Source: Nanobdellota archaeon (GTDB taxonomy: Archaea > Nanobdellota > Nanobdellia > Pacearchaeales > GW2011-AR1). Taken from it: a stretch of DNA of 31,692 nt. The stretch is taken from NCBI GenBank assembly GCA_038044305.1, contig JBBTAF010000012.1:1-31692 (forward strand), in the 5' to 3' direction. A program made the position numbers and the translations under genes. Of the stretch, positions 1 to 10,278 are shown piece by piece (the first letter of the stretch is position 1; the number at the start of each line of letters is the position of its first letter). Under the pieces are notes generated by a model. That model saw only the letters and a list, made by a program, of their open reading frames with translations, ran no database searches and was not told the DNA's origin.

Positions 1-279
1 ACAGAAAGAAATACCAAAACTGCTCAAAAGATAATTAACAAACTAAAAGAAGAAATTCCAAATTTAAGAATAGACAGTGATTTCAGAAACACAACGGTAA
101 ATGATAAAGTCCGAGACTCTGAATTAATGAAAATTCCATACCTAATTACCATCGGAGATAAAGAAGAAGAAAAAGGCACTATCGCAGTAAAGAAGCGTGG
201 AGAAAAGAAACCTGAATTCGGAATCAAATTAGATTCGTTTATTAAAGAACTAAAAGACAAAATCGAAAACAGAAAATAA
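1..279 (+). CDS. thrS: 3' end of threonyl-tRNA synthetase (anticodon-binding domain), truncated by the window edge
   Basis: Frame +1, translated by hand (not in the ORF track), is open from base 1 to TAA at 277-279: ...RIDSDFRNTTVNDKVRDSELMKIPYLITIGDKEEEKGTIAVKKRG..., matching the class IIa HGTP anticodon-binding domain pattern typical of ThrRS. Confidence 0.8.
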   Translation, partial: TERNTKTAQKIINKLKEEIPNLRIDSDFRNTTVNDKVRDSELMKIPYLITIGDKEEEKGTIAVKKRGEKKPEFGIKLDSFIKELKDKIENRK

Positions 280-527
280 GATAATAGATAGTGCTATAAT
301 TTTATTTTGAAATTAGAAGAAATAACTTCCTAATAAATAAAACTACTTAGCAGACATCAAATAATTCTTTTACGTAATAATCAGCACAATTTATCTCACA
401 GTTAAAGGAATAAGATTTATTGCGTAGACTTTGAACATTAGATAATTCTAATTTCATAAATTAATCATCATATATACTATAAAAATACAGACACCAGATA
501 ATAAAAATTATTCTCTACATTAAGATA

Positions 528-1334
528 TCAACAAAAATGAGGACAGCATACATTTCCTGTTTCATCTCCCAAAATAGCCAAATCTCCCAGATCTGCAAAT
601 CCACTTTTGTCTATATCTGCTCCATTACACCAATTATTAGAAGCATCACAAGAATTATACCAATGAGTCGGATCACTAAGAAATGCTAAATCACCACCAT
701 CAACCTTTCCATCTTTATTTATATCCGCACCATTACACCAATTACTTGGATACACCACCGTTTCAGGATTATGAACTCCTCCTCCCTCCCCTACTCCTGC
801 TCCGCTACCAGGAGAACCTCCTCCCCCAGAAGTCGTTGCATTTGGGATAACAATTGGAACTGAAGGAGTCACACAATTAATGTCTGAAGAAACACAAATC
901 TTTATTGCTCCTCCATACAAAATAAACTCTCCAGAAATAGAGACCTTGGATATTTCGCTACCATTTGAGTTAACTATCAAATTCGCAGATTCTCCTGCAC
1001 TCACTCCACTTCCCAAACTCTCAACTCTACTAATTGTCTTCGCACTTCCGTCTTTATATTTCAAAGTAATCACTGTTTTATTAAGCATTTGAACACTCTC
1101 ATTAGATATTGTAGACTTAAAGGCAATATTATAAGCAGGTTTGCCCGAAGCAGTAACCCTCACACAACTAACAGGTTCAACCTTATTATCCAAACAAATC
1201 TGCGCACCACCAACAGAAATTCCAGCATCCCTCAAAGTTGGTTGAATAAAAACCCATATAGCAGAAACCGCCCCAACTACCAACAAAACTATTAGAACAA
1301 TAGTAACAATACCGCTCAACCCCTTATTACTCAT
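528..1334 (-). CDS. Archaeal type IV pilin/archaellin-like protein with C-terminal Gly-rich linker and dockerin-like (paired EF-hand-type) domain
   Basis: Class III signal peptide (MSNKG/LSGIVTIVLIVLLVVGAVSAIWVFIQP). GGGGSPGSGAGVGEGGG linker. Tandem repeats NWCNGADINKDGKVDGGDLAFL and NWCNGADIDKSGFADLGDLAIL. Start moved from 1349 to ATG 1334 because the TATA box TTTATAAA (1363-1356) lies 22 nt upstream of it. Confidence 0.8.
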   Translation of the reverse strand: MSNKGLSGIVTIVLIVLLVVGAVSAIWVFIQPTLRDAGISVGGAQICLDNKVEPVSCVRVTASGKPAYNIAFKSTISNESVQMLNKTVITLKYKDGSAKTISRVESLGSGVSAGESANLIVNSNGSEISKVSISGEFILYGGAIKICVSSDINCVTPSVPIVIPNATTSGGGGSPGSGAGVGEGGGVHNPETVVYPSNWCNGADINKDGKVDGGDLAFLSDPTHWYNSCDASNNWCNGADIDKSGFADLGDLAILGDETGNVCCPHFC

Positions 1335-1438
1335 ATAGTAAACATACAAAAGTAGTTTATAAATTTAAGCTCATTTATTAATATCTACAATAAACTTATA
1401 AACCTCTTTTTACAATAAGGATGAGGAGATAAAAAAGA

Positions 1439-2185
1439 ATGAAAATAAAACCTTATGTAGAAAAACTTTATGCATCAACAGAATACAAATCCTTTCAAAA
1501 AGAACACTCTGGAGCGTACATCACAGCAGGATTCTTTGTTCTTGATTTAGAAGCAGGAAAGCATATTCATCAAATTGACTTTTACGTTCCTAAAGAAAAA
1601 AAAGTTGCAGCATTCACTCTTGATCATGGAATAACAATGCAAATGCTTGCTCTCATTAACTCTAAAGTTCCAGAAAAACTAGATATTCAGACAAAAATTG
1701 ACCTTGGAGCATTAAAAGGAATACTAGATGATGAAATGAAAAATAGAAATATTACTGAGGAAATAAAAAAGATAATTGCAGTTCTTCAAAATATAGAAGG
1801 TAAAAAAATATGGAATATTAACTGTGTTCTATCTGGAATGGGAATACTAAGGGCGCACATAGAAGATGACACACAAACTGTACTAAAGATGGAAAAAGCT
1901 TCAATAATGGATTACATAAGAAAAATGAACCCTGCTGATCTTCAAAAAATGAAGTCACAAGTTGGAGCAAACAGTACTCAGGAAGAAGTTCAACCAAACA
2001 ATCAGCCAGAAAAAAACACAAAAGCAGATCCAAAAGAAAAGTTAAAACAACTCGAAGCACTTGAGCAAGCAATAGAAAAGGAAAAGAAACAAATCCAAGA
2101 ATCAACAAAACCAAAAACAGAAAAAGCAAATATACCTTCTAAAGTAGTTAAACAATCATCACAAAAAGTGACTAAAGGGAAATAA
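1439..2185 (+). CDS. Hypothetical protein with Lys/Glu/Gln-rich C-terminal tail
   Basis: 248-aa ORF with SD-like GAGGAG upstream; no family motif recognised. Confidence 0.75.
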   Translation: MKIKPYVEKLYASTEYKSFQKEHSGAYITAGFFVLDLEAGKHIHQIDFYVPKEKKVAAFTLDHGITMQMLALINSKVPEKLDIQTKIDLGALKGILDDEMKNRNITEEIKKIIAVLQNIEGKKIWNINCVLSGMGILRAHIEDDTQTVLKMEKASIMDYIRKMNPADLQKMKSQVGANSTQEEVQPNNQPEKNTKADPKEKLKQLEALEQAIEKEKKQIQESTKPKTEKANIPSKVVKQSSQKVTKGK

Positions 2186-2440
2186 TTTCTATTCTATTGC
2201 ATTTACCAACTAGCAAGTTTCTGCATACAAACAAACCCACTACGGCATAGTGTCCCTCTTCACATAACTTCTCCCCCTACTTATTTAATACTTAGAAAAA
2301 CAAAGTTATTATCTAATAATTCTATTTTAAGTTTTAGTTAAGAAATGTTGTCCAACTTATTTATCCATATAGCAAGCTGTAAGATATTACTATAAATAAA
2401 ATTATCTAAAGCCTATTCAAACTAAAATAGAAATTCACCC

Positions 2441-2478
2441 AGTTTTACTGGGCTAAAAAAATAAAAAAATAAAAAATT
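2441..2478 (-). terminator. Possible terminator of the second pilin gene (oligo-T tracts followed by a CCCAG/CTGGG hairpin)
   Basis: Minus strand after the stop reads several oligo-T tracts and then CCCAG-TAAAA-CTGGG. Confidence 0.4.
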
Positions 2479-2484
2479 GTATAC

Positions 2485-2940
2485 TTAAGCTGTACAAGCC
2501 GATGCCGACGACTGACACAATTGTGTTGATCCGTCTGCAAGAGTATATGTAGTACTTATCGTAACCTGATTAGCAGTTGTAGCAAGCGGAGCACTAGTTA
2601 TATTCGAACTCGAAGCGCCATTAGCTATATGTGAGTCGCCAGCAAGATTAACGACAGTACCATCTGCAAGCTCAAACACTAAATTCACTGCACTAACAGA
2701 CTGAACATTATTATCAGTATTTCTACTGTATGCAACAGTATAATCATTAGTAGTAGTGCTCTTCTTACAACTAATTGGATTAACAGTGCTAGTTATACAA
2801 ACAGTCGCCTTATCAATAGACTTCCCTGCATTTTTCAAAGTTGGCTGAATGAACATCCATATAGCAGAAACCGCTGCAACTACCAACAAAATGATTAGAA
2901 CCGTTGTGACAACATCACTTAAACCTTTTTTACCTTTCAT
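2485..2940 (-). CDS. Archaeal type IV pilin/archaellin-like protein
   Basis: Class III signal peptide MKGKKG/LSDVVTTVLIILLVVAAVSAIWMFIQPTL; N-terminus nearly the same as that of 528-1334. Confidence 0.85.
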   Translation of the reverse strand: MKGKKGLSDVVTTVLIILLVVAAVSAIWMFIQPTLKNAGKSIDKATVCITSTVNPISCKKSTTTNDYTVAYSRNTDNNVQSVSAVNLVFELADGTVVNLAGDSHIANGASSSNITSAPLATTANQVTISTTYTLADGSTQLCQSSASACTA

Positions 2941-3013
2941 TTTGACCTCCTTTTAGCTATTAAACTATAACTCACAAAAGTGCTGGATGTTTATAAATCT
3001 TTCTCACTCGACG

Positions 3014-4681
3014 CTACTTATGAGCAAACCAAAATTCAAGATTTCCCTTGTTCTTCCTATCCAATCTGCAAAAACCAAATCTTTCAAATTGGATCATTTC
3101 TCCCTCTTTTAAATCCTGAACAGCAGATTCTGCGATTCCTTCTATCCATTTTCCATTATCCATCAAAATTTTAACACTGACTCCTGAAGAAACCCAATTT
3201 ATTTTCTGAATAGGTTTATTATCAGAAGAAGTCCATATCCCATTTACTACTGACTTAACAACTCGCTCTCCAAGTTCAAAATTATAAAGATGAATCAAAC
3301 GAACTTCCTTCCCTTTTAACTGCTCAAAGTCTTTTTTAGAAATAAATAACTTTTCCCCAATTTTTATCTTTCTAGTTTCCTTTTTATTAGGATGTATCTG
3401 AACTTCAACCTCTTTAATTTCAGGATTTCCTTTAATTTTAAGTTCTATGGGATTTTCAACAAAAGAGTATCTATTTGCAATTGGATCAATTAGCTTTCTA
3501 TTTATCGCAGCAATCATATTAAATTCCAAATTAACTTGACTTTTTTTCAATCCTATCTCTTTAACTAACTCGTATATTGCCTCTTTTTGTATACCTCTTC
3601 GTTTCAAGGCTCTCAAAGTTATCAATCTAGGGTCATCCCATCCTATCAGTTTACCAGAATCAACTAACTCTCGTATCTCTCTTCCCTTAGTTGTAAAATC
3701 TACAACATTAAATCGTCCATATTGAACAATTTGTTGTTTTTTCAACTCCAACAAGTCTTTAATATATTCCTGTAACTCTACTCTCATATCAAACTCATTA
3801 CTTCTAAGAATTAAAGTAACACCCATTATGCTATCTTCAATAGGATTATAAAAATCATACATTGGCCAGACCTTATATTTTGTTCCAGTTCTGTAATGCT
3901 TAAAATCTAGAGATCTAAATATAACCGAGTCCCTCATTACATGATTCTGACTTTTCATGTCTCCCTTAATTCTAAGAACAGCTTCACCATCTTTATACTT
4001 TCCCTTTAAAAATAAAGTCCATTCTTCAATATTCTTATCTGTATTTTTACCTCGACACCCACACTCAATTCCCTTATGTCTAAAATCTTGCATTTTTTCT
4101 CTCTCACAAAAGCACATATACGCCTTTCCCATTTTTATCAATTTCTCAGCATTTTTGTATAGCATGTCCATATCATCAGAAACATATCTTATTCCATCTA
4201 ATTTTATGTCTAAATAATCAAGAACATCTTCTTTCATTGCATCCACATATTCTTGAGATACTTTTTCAGGATTAGTATCCTCAAACCTCAGCAAACATCG
4301 TCCGTTATATTTCTTAGAGTAAAGATAATTCAAAAGAAAAGATAACCCATGCCCTAGATGATTATATTTTGACGGTTCAGGAGCAAGTCTTGTAACAACA
4401 TTATTCAAACCAGAAACATCTATTTCAGGAAGTCCTTTTTCTTTTTCCTCATGAACAACCACTAAATTCTTATACTTCTCAAATTCTTTTTTCTGTTCAA
4501 CCTTACTTAATTTACTAATTTCATTTACAATTTTAACAATTTCAGGCATCACATTCTTTATGTCCTTCTTGTCCAGCCCATGCTGAAACAATTTGGATAA
4601 AACGTTACCAGCATCAGTCTTTCCATATTCAATAGCATTCCTTAAAGCATATGCTTTTATTTCCTTTGAAAAATCTTTCAT
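3014..4681 (-). CDS. gltX: Glutamyl-tRNA synthetase, archaeal type
   Basis: TRLAPEPSKYNHLGH (HIGH motif), LRFEDTNP, WPMYDF, GWDDPRL, RRGI, C-terminal QFERFGF. Confidence 0.95.
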   Translation of the reverse strand: MKDFSKEIKAYALRNAIEYGKTDAGNVLSKLFQHGLDKKDIKNVMPEIVKIVNEISKLSKVEQKKEFEKYKNLVVVHEEKEKGLPEIDVSGLNNVVTRLAPEPSKYNHLGHGLSFLLNYLYSKKYNGRCLLRFEDTNPEKVSQEYVDAMKEDVLDYLDIKLDGIRYVSDDMDMLYKNAEKLIKMGKAYMCFCEREKMQDFRHKGIECGCRGKNTDKNIEEWTLFLKGKYKDGEAVLRIKGDMKSQNHVMRDSVIFRSLDFKHYRTGTKYKVWPMYDFYNPIEDSIMGVTLILRSNEFDMRVELQEYIKDLLELKKQQIVQYGRFNVVDFTTKGREIRELVDSGKLIGWDDPRLITLRALKRRGIQKEAIYELVKEIGLKKSQVNLEFNMIAAINRKLIDPIANRYSFVENPIELKIKGNPEIKEVEVQIHPNKKETRKIKIGEKLFISKKDFEQLKGKEVRLIHLYNFELGERVVKSVVNGIWTSSDNKPIQKINWVSSGVSVKILMDNGKWIEGIAESAVQDLKEGEMIQFERFGFCRLDRKNKGNLEFWFAHK

Positions 4682-4725
4682 GAATATAACTACAAATCAG
4701 GTTATATAAAAGTTATTGATTATTC

Positions 4726-5133
4726 TCAAACATTTCCTATTTTTGATTCAACCTTGGAAATCTTTTCCAATAATCTTTCAATTTTATACTCCAAATCTTC
4801 CACCTTAATCCTAAGTGCATTTATATCTGAAGATGATGAAGACAAATCAGAAGACCCTGCACCAGAAACATTTGAAGTATTAGTTCCATAATATGAATCA
4901 GAACTTCCAGAAGAAGCAGAAGCCATTGAATCTAAAAAACCAAAGGGATTGCCCTCTCCATTTCCTTGAGATATAGCTGAACCTACTGGAACACTCGCTC
5001 CAGCAGACGAAGAAGCCGAGGTAAAATCAATCGTCTCACCAGAGGATTTTTGATCACTCTCTTTCAAAAGTCCCTTTTTCTTTAAAAGAGTATAGTCTAC
5101 GTATTCATTATTCGCCTCTTTAAATAATCCCAT
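4726..5133 (-). CDS. Hypothetical protein with Ser/Gly-rich middle and C-terminal coiled coil
   Basis: 135-aa ORF; TATA-like AGATTTAAATA about 25 nt upstream on the minus strand. Confidence 0.7.
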   Translation of the reverse strand: MGLFKEANNEYVDYTLLKKKGLLKESDQKSSGETIDFTSASSSAGASVPVGSAISQGNGEGNPFGFLDSMASASSGSSDSYYGTNTSNVSGAGSSDLSSSSSDINALRIKVEDLEYKIERLLEKISKVESKIGNV

Positions 5134-5181
5134 TATTAAATTAATAACCTATTTTATTTAAATCTGTCTATCCTATAAGGC

Positions 5182-5328
5182 TTAAAAGTTGTCTTAACAA
5201 CTTTTAAATAACGAGAATTTTCAATTCTCGGGATTAAAAATCTTCCTCAGAAGATTTTAAACATCAAAAACTTTTAGTTTTTGTGGCTTAAAAGTTCTAA
5301 GAAGGAACTTTTAAATAAACCCATTTCC
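5182..5328. repeat. Tandem hairpin array, copy 1 (five stem-loops; 5234-5328 is duplicated at 10279-10372)
   Basis: Stems: 5182-5207 (11 bp), 5212-5230 (8 bp), 5237-5258 (9 bp), 5265-5283 (8 bp), 5288-5314 (10 bp). Confidence 0.9.
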
Positions 5329-5353
5329 TTAAAAAAACATAAAAGAGGATAAA

Positions 5354-6931
5354 ATGACCATATCTATTCACAATCTCATTGCAACAATAAACCCAGACCT
5401 ATTCTGCGATTCAGAGGCAAAAAGTGCAGTCAAGAAACTAAAAAAAACTAAGGGAATTGCCGAAGCAACAAAAGAAGCAAAAATAAAATCCTCATCGTAT
5501 ATGGATTTTATAGAAATAGTTCATAAAAATGCTTCAGCCCTTGCAGGAATAAAATCGCCCATAGAAAAACACACTCTTTCCTATGATTCATTTGGAGAAG
5601 GACTTGAAGCAGTTTACTTTTGGCTTCTTGATAAAATGGGTGAAGACTTAAAAGTTGATAAAATTACAGATAATTTCGTTGCTTCCCCAGGTTCAAATCA
5701 CTTTGGAGAAATGGGAATAAGAATGTCAAAAATGCAGGAAGAAGCTTCGAAAATGTTAGGAGCAGCAAATACAGTAGTCAAATCTATACTTAATATCGTT
5801 TACGATTTAAAAGAATTTCAAACTCGTTTAGGAGTATATGACCGATTAAATTCAAAAGAAAAATCTATTAAAGATGCAGCATTACTTTCCCTAAAACAAA
5901 TTTGGATGGATACTGTAGACATCAAAAGAGGAAATAGCTCAATAAAAGCACTAGCCCTCTCTCAACAAGGAGGATTTGTAACTCTGATAGATGCATTTAT
6001 GGCAGCAGAAGACGAATCACTAACTTTTAAAGGCCAAGAAATGGATTTAAATGAAAGAATTAAAAGAATTATTCAGCAAAGAATAGTTGAATTTAATATC
6101 TGGTTAAAAGAATCTGAAAAAGAATTAAGAAAAAGATTTGAAATAGAAAAAACATATCTGAAAAGTCAAGTCAGTACAGTTCAACTCTATGCTCGTTGGG
6201 CAAAACCTTATTTAAGGGCTGCAAAAAAACTAGAACAATCTGAAAATTTCAACGGGAAAAATGAAATGGGAACTGCTACTCTTGTAAATTCATTTAATAC
6301 TGCTTTATTTGAACTTGTATTATTAGGAGAAGGAAAGTATAACCCAGCAGATGACATTTCCAACGGAGAGCTTCCTCCTTCAATGAGAACCCTTGTAAAA
6401 GAAAAGAAGGTAAGAACATATCATCAAATAGTTTTAGTAGAATTCAACTTTAGAACTATTCCTGAAAGAACCCAGCAGGGATATGGTTTTAGAGGAAGAG
6501 TGGATATCACATTCACAAGTTATGCCTTAAATGATGATGAAATAAAACTTTTAAGAAAACAAATAGAAAAAGATGATATAAACGACGTTCTCGGGTTAAT
6601 TGAAGGAGCAACAACAGAAAGCCTGTCACAGCTTCAATTAGATATAGACTCATTTCTAGGAAGCACAAAAGAAGAAGAAAAGGAAGAGGAAAAAGAAGAC
6701 ACAAATCCATTTTCTGCTTTGTTCTCAAGTTTCTCTGATTTGTTTGAATCTAAAAAAAATGAAGAAAAAAAGAAATCAGCTAAAGAAGAATCAGAAGAAA
6801 TAAAACCAGACTCCTATATGGAAGAGATATTGAGATCTCAAGCACTAATCGACGCTAGAAAAAAGTGTTACAGACTATATGATAGTTATAAAAGAGCACA
6901 TAAAATGCCAAGTTTGCCAGGATATGCCTAA
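5354..6931 (+). CDS. Hypothetical protein, largely alpha-helical/coiled-coil
   Basis: 525-aa ORF with GAGGA upstream; no catalytic motif recognised. Confidence 0.8.
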   Translation: MTISIHNLIATINPDLFCDSEAKSAVKKLKKTKGIAEATKEAKIKSSSYMDFIEIVHKNASALAGIKSPIEKHTLSYDSFGEGLEAVYFWLLDKMGEDLKVDKITDNFVASPGSNHFGEMGIRMSKMQEEASKMLGAANTVVKSILNIVYDLKEFQTRLGVYDRLNSKEKSIKDAALLSLKQIWMDTVDIKRGNSSIKALALSQQGGFVTLIDAFMAAEDESLTFKGQEMDLNERIKRIIQQRIVEFNIWLKESEKELRKRFEIEKTYLKSQVSTVQLYARWAKPYLRAAKKLEQSENFNGKNEMGTATLVNSFNTALFELVLLGEGKYNPADDISNGELPPSMRTLVKEKKVRTYHQIVLVEFNFRTIPERTQQGYGFRGRVDITFTSYALNDDEIKLLRKQIEKDDINDVLGLIEGATTESLSQLQLDIDSFLGSTKEEEKEEEKEDTNPFSALFSSFSDLFESKKNEEKKKSAKEESEEIKPDSYMEEILRSQALIDARKKCYRLYDSYKRAHKMPSLPGYA

Positions 6932-6932
6932 A

Positions 6933-7478
6933 ATGGCCAGAACAAAAAAGACAACTATTCTAAAAAGAGTAAAAATAAGAGAGATTAAAAGTAAGTTAAA
7001 AGTAAAAGACTTAAAAGATAACTCTGAAGAATTTGATGACGAATTTGAAGAAGAACCTGTATTTGTTCAAGAAAGACACACACCAAGAAGACTCACCTCA
7101 AAATTGAAAGTTCAACCAAGATCTTTGGAAGAAATTCCAGAGATAGAAACTGCTCCAGTCACCACAAATCAAAATAGAGAAGAAATAAAATATTCCTCTA
7201 CTTCAAAAGGAACTGAAACAAGAATAAGGTATGAAAGCCTAAGCGGAGGAAAACTGGAAAATTATCAAGGAGTAGGAAAAGATAAATATCATCATACAAA
7301 CGCAGTAAATGCTGAAGAAAAAATAAGAGAAGAACAAAAAGATAATAGAGCATACTCTGAAAGAAATCCATTCAACGATTCAAGCGAAAGACATTATCAA
7401 CCAAATGCATTCGATAATGGACTAAATTCTAAAGACAAGGAAAAAAGTGAGAAGGAAAAGAAAAGAGTAATGATGTAA
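6933..7478 (+). CDS. Hypothetical charged, low-complexity protein
   Basis: Track ORF is 6879-7478; ATG 6933 (MARTKK...), right after the upstream stop, is the more likely start. Confidence 0.65.
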   Translation: MARTKKTTILKRVKIREIKSKLKVKDLKDNSEEFDDEFEEEPVFVQERHTPRRLTSKLKVQPRSLEEIPEIETAPVTTNQNREEIKYSSTSKGTETRIRYESLSGGKLENYQGVGKDKYHHTNAVNAEEKIREEQKDNRAYSERNPFNDSSERHYQPNAFDNGLNSKDKEKSEKEKKRVMM

Positions 7479-7497
7479 CTGCTATTATTCTTCAAAA

Positions 7498-10227
7498 TTA
7501 CTTACGTTTAGTTCTTTTACCTTTTTTAAATATAAGTTTATATATTAAAAAGCCCACAATCAAAATGACAACAATCAAAATAATATAGATTTTTAATTTG
7601 TTGTAAGAATTATTATTACTATTTTCTATGGTTTCATTACTAACGTTTTGATTTTCCTGAGAAGAATTATTTTCTATCTCCTCATTAACCAACTTAGAGG
7701 AAATACTAATATCTGCTTTATATCCTTCAGAATTAATAATATTATGCAAAGTTATCAATAAAATTTTACCATCCAGAACAATCTCTTTTGTTTCTCCAAC
7801 TACTAGATTAATTATCTGAGGATTAGATGCAATAACAACAGTAACCATAGTAGAATTAATTGCGGATAATGTTAGTGTATGTCCATTAGTTCTAATGGCT
7901 AGTTTTATCTTTTCAGATAATGCTAAAGATTGATTTATAACTCCTGAATTGGATAAATCGGTTGATTCATAATCATAAACCTTTGCAACTACTGTTCCTC
8001 CTCCCCCTCCACCACTGCTACTTGAACTAACTACACTCTGAGAAGATGTTATAGTAAAAGAATACTGCGTTGAGTTTCCTATGTTTCCATATACATCAGT
8101 ACAATTAATACTCCAACTATGACTTCCTGCACTAAAAGACGTAGTAAATGTTGTATTTTGCTGATTTATATCAACCGAAGAATTAAAACTGGCAACACTT
8201 CCATCAACTATAAGAGAACAATTAGTATTGCTAATATCAGAAACATTAAACACAAAATTCAGAGAAGTTGATTCTGTGCTAAAAGAATTAGATGGAGAAA
8301 TCAAAGAAATAACTGGAGCAACAAGTTCAGGATCCGTTTTAAAATTAAGAGTATTTAACGCTCCTAAAACAATAGTAACATTAACACGTCCCTCCGAATT
8401 AGAATTAAGAGTACAATTAGAATTCAAAGAACAAGCAATACCATCATAAGATATGTTATAGATGCTATGCGATAAATTAAGTGCAACAGTAAAATTACCT
8501 CTTCCTTTTAATTGCAAAGTTGCATTTTTATTGTCATTATCATCGAACACATTAGAAAGCAATTGAGCATTAACTATATCACTTCCATTCTCTCCACTTA
8601 GCTGAACAATTCTAGGTCCTGTATAAAGATAAGTAAAATCAACAAAAGACTGCTGACTAAGATTTGAAAGAACAGAAGGTGTTGTTGCGGTCAATTTCAA
8701 TGAAATCCAATAGGGCCTCCATAAATAATCAGAAGTCAAGTTTAAACGAGTAAAATTGTTTACTCCAAATTTATAAAAATTATAACTTGTAATAACAGTT
8801 GTATAGTCTCCGTCTGTAGAATATGTTGCCCATTTTTCAAATTTAGAGCTAACACCACCATATGCAAGGTAAAACCATCCTACAGAAATATTTCTAATCA
8901 CAAAATAAGGAAATGTAATCATATCGGGCTGATATTGAACCCACTGTTCACAATGTCTTTCCTCAGAAGTGTTAGTTGGATAATTAAGGATAGAACCAGA
9001 ATCTGAACCATACCACGCCAATGGCTGTCCATGAGTAGGTTGATTTGCATGAAAATACATCCTCTGAGTATCTGAACTTACGTTTCCAACCAAAAAAATG
9101 AAATTTCTCATTTCAGTAATATTTTCATCTAAAATAGAAACATTTAACTTGAGAGTATAAATTCCTTGATTCATAGCACTAAAGTTTATAGTTAAATTTT
9201 CAGACCTATTTGAAGCCAAATATACCGAAGAAGGATATATAGTAAAATTATAGCGATAATTATAACTGGCAGTATTATTTGGATACAATATCGAAAATCG
9301 AAGAGAAATATTTGAATACTGAGCATAAGTTCTAGCAACAGATTCTAAGTCTAGCGAAGAATTAATCAAACTAGTTGCTAAATTATCAGCAAAACTGGAA
9401 TTTTTAACCACAAAACTGGCCTCACTATAAGAAAAAGTTTGTGCATTGAGGTTAGAACTTACAAAATTGAATAAATTATCAACAGCGTTATACAAATCAA
9501 AAAGTATAGAATTAGAATTAGCAGTTATATAACTAAAATTATTATTTCCACTATTCATATATAAATCAAAGCCCTTTCCATTAAAGTTAGAATTTACAAA
9601 ATTGAATAAATTGTACTCTGCACTATTAAAAAATACTCCGGCTGAATTAGAAGTAATATTTAAAAAATTAAAATTATTATAATCAACATTATCCAAATAA
9701 ACTCCTGCATAATTAAGTACTGCAGTTACCGAATTAAAAGTATTGTTATAAGATGACCCTGTCAACTGAATACCTCTAAAATTATTTAAAATAGTTAAAT
9801 TTTGAACTGTTAAATTTTGAATTGAAGATAAATATAATCCAAAATTATTAAAATTCACTGTATTATTTAGTAGAAGCGAATTATGTGCACTACTTAAATA
9901 AATTCCATACGCTCCTCCTTGACTTAAATTAAGAGTTACATTGCAATTTTTAATAGTAGAATTAATTTGATTAGAATATATCCCTATTCCAAGCAAAGAA
10001 ATATTTTTAATATAAAATCCCTTGCAATCCAGTACAATATTTTGTGCAGAAATATTGAAACACCCTGTATTATTGATTTGGTCTCCTTCTAAATTGTTAA
10101 TCATATCATAAGTGGTATTTGTCTGATTCAACTCTCTGCAAGAATTAACATTAACTGCATTAACCAACCCAATAAAAGAAAATAACGAAAATACAAAAAT
10201 CGCTAAGAAAACCTCTCTATTATTCAT
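7498..10227 (-). CDS. Cell-surface glycoprotein: signal peptide, NosD/CASH-like parallel beta-helix, Ig-like domain, C-terminal TM anchor
   Basis: N-terminal hydrophobic signal. CFNISAQNIVLDCKG and repeated GIYLxSxxN turns. APVISLISP...GSHSWSINCTDVYGNIGNS Ig-like module. Ser/Gly linker, TM helix and basic tail. Many N-x-S/T sequons. Confidence 0.8.
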   Translation of the reverse strand: MNNREVFLAIFVFSLFSFIGLVNAVNVNSCRELNQTNTTYDMINNLEGDQINNTGCFNISAQNIVLDCKGFYIKNISLLGIGIYSNQINSTIKNCNVTLNLSQGGAYGIYLSSAHNSLLLNNTVNFNNFGLYLSSIQNLTVQNLTILNNFRGIQLTGSSYNNTFNSVTAVLNYAGVYLDNVDYNNFNFLNITSNSAGVFFNSAEYNLFNFVNSNFNGKGFDLYMNSGNNNFSYITANSNSILFDLYNAVDNLFNFVSSNLNAQTFSYSEASFVVKNSSFADNLATSLINSSLDLESVARTYAQYSNISLRFSILYPNNTASYNYRYNFTIYPSSVYLASNRSENLTINFSAMNQGIYTLKLNVSILDENITEMRNFIFLVGNVSSDTQRMYFHANQPTHGQPLAWYGSDSGSILNYPTNTSEERHCEQWVQYQPDMITFPYFVIRNISVGWFYLAYGGVSSKFEKWATYSTDGDYTTVITSYNFYKFGVNNFTRLNLTSDYLWRPYWISLKLTATTPSVLSNLSQQSFVDFTYLYTGPRIVQLSGENGSDIVNAQLLSNVFDDNDNKNATLQLKGRGNFTVALNLSHSIYNISYDGIACSLNSNCTLNSNSEGRVNVTIVLGALNTLNFKTDPELVAPVISLISPSNSFSTESTSLNFVFNVSDISNTNCSLIVDGSVASFNSSVDINQQNTTFTTSFSAGSHSWSINCTDVYGNIGNSTQYSFTITSSQSVVSSSSSGGGGGGTVVAKVYDYESTDLSNSGVINQSLALSEKIKLAIRTNGHTLTLSAINSTMVTVVIASNPQIINLVVGETKEIVLDGKILLITLHNIINSEGYKADISISSKLVNEEIENNSSQENQNVSNETIENSNNNSYNKLKIYIILIVVILIVGFLIYKLIFKKGKRTKRK

Positions 10228-10278
10228 AAAAACACATTAATCCCTTTCCTTTTTATAGCTTTCTCTTTAGTTTTGTGG

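Noticed and set aside
5182-5328. CRISPR array
   Set aside because: The units are heterogeneous hairpins with no identical repeats separated by unique spacers, and no cas genes are present.
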